A DNA stretch of 32,000 nt from Corynebacterium glutamicum ATCC 13032 (GTDB lineage: Bacteria > Actinomycetota > Actinomycetes > Mycobacteriales > Mycobacteriaceae): contig NC_003450.3 of assembly GCF_000011325.1 (NCBI RefSeq), positions 3,000,001 through 3,032,000 of the forward strand, in the 5' to 3' direction. Below the pieces are notes generated by a model, which was not told the origin of the DNA, did no database searches, and saw only the letters and a list, made by a program, of their open reading frames with translations. A program made the position numbers and the translations under genes. Below, in pieces: positions 17,317-24,379 of this stretch (within the stretch, counting starts at the first letter, position 1; every line of letters begins with the position of its first letter).

Positions 17317-19224
17317 ATGACTTTCCAGCGTGCCCGATTCGAAAGCATCACCCACCCAACACAACGTCACAGTATGAAACAAACCAGCTCACGATATGGA
17401 ATTTCACCAAATGCGAACTACCCTAAATACCAAAGACAGACAGTGACAGCCCCTTCGAGAATGCAGCAAGAGACGACACCTCCTATGGACGGCACCTCGC
17501 CACAGAACAAAATTTCCACCACTCCCCCAGCGCCAGGAAATGCTATTCCTGCACCTGGAGGCGCCATTCCTACACCAGCGAAAACTGAGCAGGACGCAGT
17601 ACCTCCAACTGTGGCGGCGAAACTACCCGTACCTGGAAGTTCTATTCCAGCACCCGGTAGAGCATTGCCAACTCCAGTGGCTCCGGGAGGTTCCGTCCCA
17701 GCTCCGAGAGCGTCCGCACCTGCGGTTCCTAACGTTCCTGCAGCTCCCGGCGCTGCTGTTCCAGCTCCGGGAATCTCGATCCCGGCAGCACCTAGTGCCC
17801 CAGGCAGTGCAATTCCAACACCAGGCACAGCAATCCCTGTGCCTGGAAGTGCAACTCCTGTCCCAGCACCTGGGGTTAGTGCACCTGGCGCAAGCGTTCC
17901 AAGCATTCCAGTACCAGGATCTGTCACCCCACCTGCACCAGGAATTTCCGCACCTGGCGGTGCACTTCCGACTCCTGGCAGTGCGCCCCCAACACCTGGC
18001 GGTGCCCTTCCGACTCCAGGTGAGGCACTTCCCGTTCCCGGAGCACCTGGTGCACCCGGAGCATCCGGAATCCCAAGTCCTGGCCTTCCAACCCCAGGTG
18101 TCCCAACTCCCGGAGCTTCCTTACCAGTCCCAGGAGCACCAGACGCACCTGGAACCCCAAGCATTCCCGCAGCTCCCGGCATTCAAGCACCAGGAATTCC
18201 AGCAGCACCAGGAGCCCCTGCCCAAGCTGCTGCTCACGCAAAGCCAGTATTCCAAGATGCAGAGAAACGACCTCGCACAGATGAAGCTGGAAATGCGAAG
18301 AAGGAACTGCCGCTGAGAGTTCGGTTGGCGCAGCCAATTACACGTAAGCAGTGGGCAATGACTCTTGGTGTCCTGGTTCTCGGAGCAATTGTCGTGGCTG
18401 CAATCGCGGTGGTCCTTGCCAAATGGGCGTTTACCACGGAGTGGTTGCAGGACTTCGTCGAGAAGTATCCGGGTAAATATGACAACCCCGAAGGTGCGCC
18501 AGTAGGAATTCCAACGTGGCTGAGTTGGCAGCACTTCTTCAACATGTTCTTCATGGTGTTGATTATCAAGACGGGCATTGAGATCAATAGAACCCGCAGG
18601 CCAAAGGGTTATTGGACGCCGAAAAAGGGTGGCAAGAAGATCTCCTTGACGTTGTGGATCCACCTGGTTTTGGATTTGTTGTGGATCATCAACGGTGCGG
18701 TGTTCATCATTTTGTTGTTCGCGACGGGTCAGTGGATGCGCATTGTTCCAACCAGTTGGGATGTGTTCCCGAACGCGCTGAGTGCTGGTTTGCAGTATGT
18801 GTCGTTGGATTGGCCGACTGAGAATGGTTGGGCGAATTACAACAGTTTGCAGGAGCTGACGTACTTCTTCACTGTCTTTATTGCGGCACCGTTGTCGATT
18901 GTGTCTGGTTTCCGGATGTCGAGTTACTGGCCTAAGAACAATGCGACGATGAATAAGTTGATCCCCATCGGGTTTGCTCGTGCGCTGCACATGCCAGTGA
19001 TGGTGTATTACATCGTGTTCATTTGTATCCACGTGTTCTTGGTGTTGGCGACCGGCGCGTTGCGCAATTTCAACCATATGTATGCAGGTCAAGACGTTGT
19101 GAACTGGGTTGGTTTTGGTTGGTTCGTGGCGTCGTTGGTGGTGATCATTGGAGCATTTGTGGCATTGCGTCCAACGATTATCGCTCCGGTGGCCAAGCTG
19201 TTTGGTCAGGTCACTGCCCGTTAA
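17317..19224 (+). CDS. Membrane protein: N-terminal Pro/Gly/Ala repeat region plus a C-terminal multi-TM, His-bearing (cytochrome-b-like) domain
   Basis: 635-aa ORF. Residues ~69-302 are xPGxx(I/L)P-type repeats. The C-terminal half has 5-6 TM helices, several carrying His (WQHFF, WIHLV, ALHMPV, CIHVF). The start could also be the later ATG at 17374. Confidence 0.7.
   Translation: MTFQRARFESITHPTQRHSMKQTSSRYGISPNANYPKYQRQTVTAPSRMQQETTPPMDGTSPQNKISTTPPAPGNAIPAPGGAIPTPAKTEQDAVPPTVAAKLPVPGSSIPAPGRALPTPVAPGGSVPAPRASAPAVPNVPAAPGAAVPAPGISIPAAPSAPGSAIPTPGTAIPVPGSATPVPAPGVSAPGASVPSIPVPGSVTPPAPGISAPGGALPTPGSAPPTPGGALPTPGEALPVPGAPGAPGASGIPSPGLPTPGVPTPGASLPVPGAPDAPGTPSIPAAPGIQAPGIPAAPGAPAQAAAHAKPVFQDAEKRPRTDEAGNAKKELPLRVRLAQPITRKQWAMTLGVLVLGAIVVAAIAVVLAKWAFTTEWLQDFVEKYPGKYDNPEGAPVGIPTWLSWQHFFNMFFMVLIIKTGIEINRTRRPKGYWTPKKGGKKISLTLWIHLVLDLLWIINGAVFIILLFATGQWMRIVPTSWDVFPNALSAGLQYVSLDWPTENGWANYNSLQELTYFFTVFIAAPLSIVSGFRMSSYWPKNNATMNKLIPIGFARALHMPVMVYYIVFICIHVFLVLATGALRNFNHMYAGQDVVNWVGFGWFVASLVVIIGAFVALRPTIIAPVAKLFGQVTAR
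17521..18222 (+). repeat. Coding low-complexity region: degenerate heptad-like (A/T/V)PGxx(I/L)P repeats
   Basis: I count 29 PG dipeptides in 234 aa. The nucleotide copies are not identical, so this is an ancient or degenerate repeat. Confidence 0.85.
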
Positions 19225-19238
19225 GCGAGATCCCTTAT

Positions 19239-19270
19239 GGCCCTTCAGATGTAATTCTGAAGGGCCTTTT
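19239..19270 (+). terminator. Rho-independent terminator of the PG-repeat membrane protein gene
   Basis: GGCCCTTCAGA (19239-19249) pairs with TCTGAAGGGCC (19256-19266), followed by TTTT. Confidence 0.75.
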
Positions 19271-19465
19271 CTGTTGAGTGCTCATCTAACGGGTCGAAGT
19301 CATGAGATGAGCTCTTTGTATAGCTTGGGTGCGTTCAGGCTCTTAGACGCGATTCTGAGAGGTCGCTTCTTTCAGACCCCGAGGTAGATTCCTGACTGCA
19401 CCAGACCACAGTGCCCACGAAGCCTCGAAACCCAAAACTTGGGCATCTGTGACCGGTATCGAGGG

Positions 19466-19526
19466 CGATAAAACAAACCACAGTGCCCACGAACTCGGAA
19501 AACCCGATCCGTGGGCACTGTGGTTT
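19466..19526 (-). terminator. Rho-independent terminator of the ECF operon (17-bp stem)
   Basis: AAACCACAGTGCCCACG (19475-19491) pairs with CGTGGGCACTGTGGTTT (19510-19526). On the minus-strand transcript the stem is followed by GUUUUAU. It lies 13 nt beyond the ATPase stop. Confidence 0.7.
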
Positions 19527-19539
19527 GGTCCAAAGAAAC

Positions 19540-20610
19540 CTAGAGCCCCATTTCCTTCACTATCGCGTATTCAGCTACCTCTGCCACGAAGGTTTCATCA
19601 TGGCAGGTCAGGATCAGCGCTCCCCCATTCCCTAAGAAATCCGCAAAGCGCTGGTGGATGGCGTTTCGACCGCCGACATCAAGGCCGACGTCGGGTTCAT
19701 CAGCAAGCAAAACTTCCGGGTTATTACCCAGGGCTGCGTCGCATTGGGCAAGGCGGAGTTCGCGTTGCGATAAATCCAGCGGATGTTCTTCACTGTTACT
19801 GCCTGGCACCCAATTAGCAACAGTGGAGTCAATGACTTGATCGCTAGGGTTTTGCAGCATCAATTCAGTGCCGGGTTCATTGGCAAGACCACGCAGGAGT
19901 GTGGACTTCCCTGAACCATTGGGACCCTGCAACCACAGCACTTGACCTGCAGAAACAGTAATATCCAGGGGGCCGATCTGAAACTGTGGTTGGGATTCGT
20001 TGAATTGCCACCAGCGTCGGCGTTGTTGTCCGCGGGTTCCTGTAATCGCTGAAAACGTTCGCGATGGACCGGAAAATTCCACCCGCGCAGGCAGGGACAG
20101 CTCCTCCAAATCCCCTAAGTACACAGTCGGCGCGTCGAGCCACCGCTTGTGCGCAGCGACGATGACATCGCCCTCATATGATTCCAACATTGTGATGAGT
20201 TGGGCTCGCGAGGAGGTATCAAGACCGGAGAGGGGGTCGTCGAGAAGCATCGTTGGCGCCTCTAAGATGGCGACGGTGCCGATCGCCAGCCGCCGTGTTT
20301 GCCCGCCGGAAAGTTGCGCGGGTGCGCGGTCTAGCAGATTCTCGAGGCCGAGCCCGATGTTTCGGACGCGCTCCCACATCTGCGCGGGTACGATGCCGCG
20401 TTGTTCCAGCCCAAAGGCCAGCTCCTCGGCGACTGTCGCGCGCAGGTAGGTGATATGCGCGCGCGGGTCGGCGGTCAGCATCACCGCTCCGGGCGTTTCC
20501 CGGTAGCGTTTTTCCAATTCCCGCGTGAGCCCGGAGCCGGACGGTCCGACGATTTGAGTTAGAGCCACCACGCCATCCCGACTGCCAAAAGCGGCAACAA
20601 CCAGCGACAA
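19540..20610 (-). CDS. ECF-transporter energizing module: fused tandem ABC ATPase (A-A')
   Basis: Two nucleotide-binding domains in one 356-aa ORF. NBD1 carries GPSGSGLT, LSGGQ and LLDDP; NBD2 carries GPNGSGKST, LSQRE and LLADEP. TTG start, overlapping the T-component gene by 52 nt. Confidence 0.85.
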   Translation of the reverse strand: MSLVVAAFGSRDGVVALTQIVGPSGSGLTRELEKRYRETPGAVMLTADPRAHITYLRATVAEELAFGLEQRGIVPAQMWERVRNIGLGLENLLDRAPAQLSGGQTRRLAIGTVAILEAPTMLLDDPLSGLDTSSRAQLITMLESYEGDVIVAAHKRWLDAPTVYLGDLEELSLPARVEFSGPSRTFSAITGTRGQQRRRWWQFNESQPQFQIGPLDITVSAGQVLWLQGPNGSGKSTLLRGLANEPGTELMLQNPSDQVIDSTVANWVPGSNSEEHPLDLSQRELRLAQCDAALGNNPEVLLADEPDVGLDVGGRNAIHQRFADFLGNGGALILTCHDETFVAEVAEYAIVKEMGL

Positions 20611-21203
20611 TGCTTTTCGACGCGCCCCTCCACCACCTCAACCAACACCGTACGCGGCCCCGGCCTGTCCAGGCCTGCGACCTCCAAGGGAATCGCTCGC
20701 GCGGCACCTGCACTAAGTAAATGTGTAATCAGGGGCAAACCCACATATTTCACCGCGCGCACGGGACCTTTAACGCTGCGCCCGCGCAAAGCATTGGCAT
20801 CACGAACCAACGCCAAGGTCTGTTTACCCTGCGGAATCATCTGCAATGCAGAACCCACGATATACGCCAGCTTGGGCCAACGATATAGGGATTTCACCAG
20901 CTCAGGAATAGTAATCGCTGTTGCTGCAAGGAGGAAAATAGACATCAACGCACTAAAACGAGCCGTCAAGGTAAGAGCAATCAACCAGCCGTCGGAAGAA
21001 TACGGCATGTGAATCAGCGCCATCGAGGCCAATGCAGGAACCGATAACAATGCTGTTGAAGCCAACACAGATACATTGCGCACCCGAATCATCGCCACGA
21101 CCTGCGCGATGATGATCACTGCGATGCTTAAACCAAGCTTATTAACGCCCAGCACCACGATCCACATGCTGAATGCGCCAATGATCCATGTCAAAGGATT
21201 CAT
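20559..21203 (-). CDS. ECF-transporter transmembrane (T) component, CbiQ/EcfT family
   Basis: 214-aa membrane ORF with the two short A-x-x-x-R-G / E-x-A-G-type coupling motifs (DANALRGR and PLEVAGLD). Confidence 0.82.
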   Translation of the reverse strand: MNPLTWIIGAFSMWIVVLGVNKLGLSIAVIIIAQVVAMIRVRNVSVLASTALLSVPALASMALIHMPYSSDGWLIALTLTARFSALMSIFLLAATAITIPELVKSLYRWPKLAYIVGSALQMIPQGKQTLALVRDANALRGRSVKGPVRAVKYVGLPLITHLLSAGAARAIPLEVAGLDRPGPRTVLVEVVEGRVEKHCRWLLPLLAVGMAWWL

Positions 21204-21205
21204 GT

Positions 21206-21958
21206 TTAAGCGACGTCCTCCGGAACCCGCTGCGGAACCAATGCCCTAGTGGTGCGCTTGGGTAGCGACTTGACCACCACAAACACAATGAGCATAACAA
21301 TGGCCTTATCCAAAGGATCGGAAATAAACGACTGCCAGGTTACCGATGCGAGCAAAGAGTTACCCATTTCGCGGAAGAGGCTAACCACCGCACCAGTTCC
21401 CACACCGGCGGTTCCGCCATAAACAAACGCCGCAACCGGGGCAGCGACAGCACCCGTGATCAAACCAATGACCGCACCAGAGATGATGGTGGCGAAGATA
21501 TTCTTAAACGCACCCTTTTTAATCACCACACCGGTCAACCAACCAGTCAGCGCGGAACCTGCAGCAAACGGCAAAGCCAGCGGATTGAACAACGCCCACA
21601 CCACAGAACTTAAAGCACCTGTTGCCAAACCAGCACTAGGACCAGCAAGAGCTGCGACCAGCACTGTGCCCACCGCATCTAAATACAGCGGAATGACAAA
21701 AGAACCAGTGACTTGGCCTAACAAAATATTGAGCACCAAAGCCACAGGAATGATCGCAATGGTCCTGGCTGGAAGCGTAGGCAGCACACCAACCAACAAC
21801 GCGATCGTGCCGGCAACATAGCCCACCAACGTGATCAACGCTTCCGTGGAACCACCCACTGATTCCCAATCGGTAGGCCTGACCAAGACCAAATACAGCC
21901 AGGTAGCAGCGATGAGTAGGCCACCAAACGCGACCGAAATTTTAGATGAGCGTGACAT
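21206..21958 (-). CDS. ECF-transporter substrate-capture (S) component, specificity unknown
   Basis: Gly/Ala-rich polytopic ORF (LDAVGTVLVAALAGPSAG ... DPLDKAIVMLIVFVVVK) immediately upstream of the T and A genes. The ATG at 21958 (MSRSSK), preceded by GGGGA, is preferred over 21994. Confidence 0.65.
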   Translation of the reverse strand: MSRSSKISVAFGGLLIAATWLYLVLVRPTDWESVGGSTEALITLVGYVAGTIALLVGVLPTLPARTIAIIPVALVLNILLGQVTGSFVIPLYLDAVGTVLVAALAGPSAGLATGALSSVVWALFNPLALPFAAGSALTGWLTGVVIKKGAFKNIFATIISGAVIGLITGAVAAPVAAFVYGGTAGVGTGAVVSLFREMGNSLLASVTWQSFISDPLDKAIVMLIVFVVVKSLPKRTTRALVPQRVPEDVA

Positions 21959-22110
21959 AGTAATCCCCATGCAGATCGTCGAATGCAAAAACAAGCCAGC
22001 AGTATGTCACCTCGTGCTGGCGGAAACGATTTGAAAGTATATCGGACTAACGGAAAATTCTTTGCATGCAGAGAAACCTTGAGGGGAGGGAGGCGTCGAT
22101 AAGCATGCTT

Positions 22111-22929
22111 TTATCTCAGCCCAAACCCGGCGCGCTCAAACACGCGCCTAAGGAACTGCCTGTTGGTTTTTGTAATGCTTTTCGACGCCGCCCTATGCGC
22201 CGTCTGCTTCGACCAGAGCTGGTGCTGGCCGTAGCGAGAATAGTAAGTGTCGAGGGCGCGGTCGTAGGAATCGATAAGTTCGAGGTTTTTCTCGGTGTAG
22301 GTATCCCAGTGAACAATGGCTTCTTGTGGCAGGCGAGGTTTAATTCCGGCAGGTTCAGACGGATCCGCATGCCCAATTTCCAAGCCCACGACAGGCACGA
22401 TCTCAGGTGGAAGGCCAAGCAATTTCTGCACGGCTTCCGCATCGTTGCGCACCGAACCCAAATAGAGCGTTCCCAATCCAAGTGACTCCGCAGCAATTGC
22501 AGCGTTTTGAGCTGCGATTCCGGCGTCGAGGAACCCCAACGCGGCCTCATCGAGATAATCAAGAGCCCCTGTTGGGAGATCTTCTCTGGCTGCCACCGCA
22601 CTGATTCGGGAATAATCAATCAACCAAATCAGCACCGCGGGAACCTGCTCAAGGTGCGGAAACATCTGGCGAGTGATCCCCGCGAGGCCTTTCCTCAGCT
22701 CAGGATCTTTAACCACGATGACAGAAATGACCTGCTTATTGGAAGAGGTTCCAGCCGATTGTGCGGCGGAAATAATGGTGCGGATGGTGTCATCATCAAC
22801 CGGTTTATCCAACCACCTGCGAACTGATCGATGCTGGTGAATGACATCAAGCGTCTCATTCCACTGCGGTGGCGTCCAGGTTGCAGGTTGTCCGTAGCGG
22901 GCGGCTAAAAGTTCTCCTGGTGACGGCAT
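22111..22929 (-). CDS. Nitroreductase-family flavoprotein (NfsA/FRP-like NADPH oxidoreductase)
   Basis: HRSVRRW near the N-terminus, the IGHADP region and the overall NfsA-like length. The start is ambiguous: ATG at 22929 (MPSPGELL), ATG at 22980 or GTG at 22986. Confidence 0.82.
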   Translation of the reverse strand: MPSPGELLAARYGQPATWTPPQWNETLDVIHQHRSVRRWLDKPVDDDTIRTIISAAQSAGTSSNKQVISVIVVKDPELRKGLAGITRQMFPHLEQVPAVLIWLIDYSRISAVAAREDLPTGALDYLDEAALGFLDAGIAAQNAAIAAESLGLGTLYLGSVRNDAEAVQKLLGLPPEIVPVVGLEIGHADPSEPAGIKPRLPQEAIVHWDTYTEKNLELIDSYDRALDTYYSRYGQHQLWSKQTAHRAASKSITKTNRQFLRRVFERAGFGLR

Positions 22930-22995
22930 GGGCTTCTTTCTCTCGCTGTTGTCTGCCAGATTAAGCGAGTTGCCCTGCATCAGCACCGGATTATT

Positions 22996-23901
22996 TCATT
23001 CCACTGCTCTTAGAAGTTCCGCGTGGGCGGCCTCAATGTCTGCGGTTTCCACAAGAAATGCGTTAGCTGGCTTGCCCCAATGTCCGCGAATATCTGCAAC
23101 AGTGGTGCCACGCATCAAGGGCGAATCAGCCTCCACGTCCACGGTTACTTCACGGCCTGAAAATGGGATTTTATCCAAGGCAATCATGCAGGTCAGCAGG
23201 TCATGAATTTGAGCAAGGTAACCTTCGCCCTGCACTTCGTGAAATTCAAAGTAAAAGCGCAGCATCTCAGGTAAATGCTCTGCGATGGGTTGGCTGCCAA
23301 GCGTGTTGATAAGTGTAGAAAGGATGTCCGGGTTCAGCGTAAACTGCTCGGTCACGCCCAAGGAACACACCGTAATGGGCTTTTGGGCTGCCGCGAATGC
23401 TTCTTTAGCTCCGTGTGGATCAACCCAGGTATTCCATTCTGCCGTTGGAGTGGTGTTGCCTGGATAAAGGTAGGTGCCACCCATCAGCGTGACGTTTTCC
23501 ACTGGCCCGAATTCCGCAAGGTTGGTGGCGGGCCCGGTGACAATCAGCTTAGTTTCTGGGTTACTGAGGTGTTCTTTCCACAGCTGCTTCCAGTCACCTT
23601 CTGGAATTTCGACGTGACCTGGGTTTATATAACCAAGGCCATGGTCGCCGTGTGTTTCTGGAGTAGTCACTAGCGGCACGTGCTTTGGTTCAGGTTGTCC
23701 TGCGAGGACCGGGATGTCCGCTAATCCACACTGATCCAACACCCACCTGGTATTGATGGCGGTTTGTTTCACATCAACATTTCCTGCGGTGGTCGTTGCT
23801 CCAAAAAGTTGGATTTCACCACGTTTATGCAAAGCAACCAGGTAGATCAGGGCGAGGGCGTCGTCGATGCCGGTGTCGCAGTCGATGAGAACAGGAATCA
23901 T
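22996..23901 (-). CDS. iunH: Inosine/uridine-preferring nucleoside hydrolase family protein
   Basis: N-terminal DxDxxxDD fingerprint (IDCDTGIDDALAL), 301 aa. Confidence 0.9.
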   Translation of the reverse strand: MIPVLIDCDTGIDDALALIYLVALHKRGEIQLFGATTTAGNVDVKQTAINTRWVLDQCGLADIPVLAGQPEPKHVPLVTTPETHGDHGLGYINPGHVEIPEGDWKQLWKEHLSNPETKLIVTGPATNLAEFGPVENVTLMGGTYLYPGNTTPTAEWNTWVDPHGAKEAFAAAQKPITVCSLGVTEQFTLNPDILSTLINTLGSQPIAEHLPEMLRFYFEFHEVQGEGYLAQIHDLLTCMIALDKIPFSGREVTVDVEADSPLMRGTTVADIRGHWGKPANAFLVETADIEAAHAELLRAVE

Positions 23902-24306
23902 GTCTCACGAGCTTAGTGTTTTCTGGTTTTGGGGTTGGGTTCTAGTTGGGGTCTAGTGCTGGATAGGCTCCTCTGGCAGGCTTGCTGCCATAGAGGACTA
24001 ATAGGGGAAAGGATGTGCGAAAATACACCACAAATTCCTGGCGGGTTACAGTTTGTGGTGGATCCTTGCGTCCCAGAGTCGGTTTAATGCAAAAATCAGT
24101 TCGATCAACTGGTTGGACCTCACGGATGTGGTGAGAATTTGATCAGCAACCTTTCAGGTTTCACTCCTGCCCCACTAGTCACAAAATGGACACTCTCCAG
24201 ATTTGCCCCTAAGCACTCAAATCAACCCCGCCCACACTTGAGAACATTCCGGAAATCTAACCCTTTAAACCGCCTCCCACCCTCCCGAAATTAGAAATCC
24301 CCTTTT

Positions 24307-24343
24307 AATGTGATATCACTTTCTGTTAAACTGATATCACATT
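24307..24343. promoter_or_regulatory. Operator-like inverted repeat containing two TGATATCA palindromes 21 bp apart
   Basis: AATGTGATATCA (24307-24318) and TGATATCACATT (24332-24343) are exact reverse complements, and each contains an 8-bp palindrome. The element lies 37-73 nt upstream of the SPFH ATG. Confidence 0.5.
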
Positions 24344-24379
24344 CTTTTTCAGCACCCCAGACTTAAAAGGAGCACCACC

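Noticed and set aside
17418-18182. 254-aa Gly/Ala/Pro-rich ORF on the minus strand
   Set aside because: It is the mirror image of the plus-strand Pro-Gly repeat (CCN/GGN symmetry). The plus ORF continues uninterrupted into a bona fide membrane domain, so the minus ORF is a compositional shadow.
18121-19092. 323-aa minus-strand ORF opposite the membrane domain of the PG-repeat protein
   Set aside because: It is a hydrophilic Arg/Gln/His-rich translation with no motifs, and the sense frame encodes regular TM helices.
20219-20713. 164-aa Arg/Trp-rich minus-strand ORF spanning the ECF T/A junction
   Set aside because: It is a third-frame artefact. Both overlapping frames carry genuine EcfT and ABC motifs.
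22099-22104. CTGAGA hexamer on the sense strand upstream of the ECF S gene, checked as a possible TPP (THI-box) riboswitch for a YkoEDC-like thiamine-precursor transporter
   Set aside because: The remaining THI-box elements (the ACCTGATCTGGATAATGCCAGCG-like segment and the pyrimidine-sensor helix) are absent. The hexamer lies immediately upstream of the nitroreductase stop, within the 3' end of its coding sequence.
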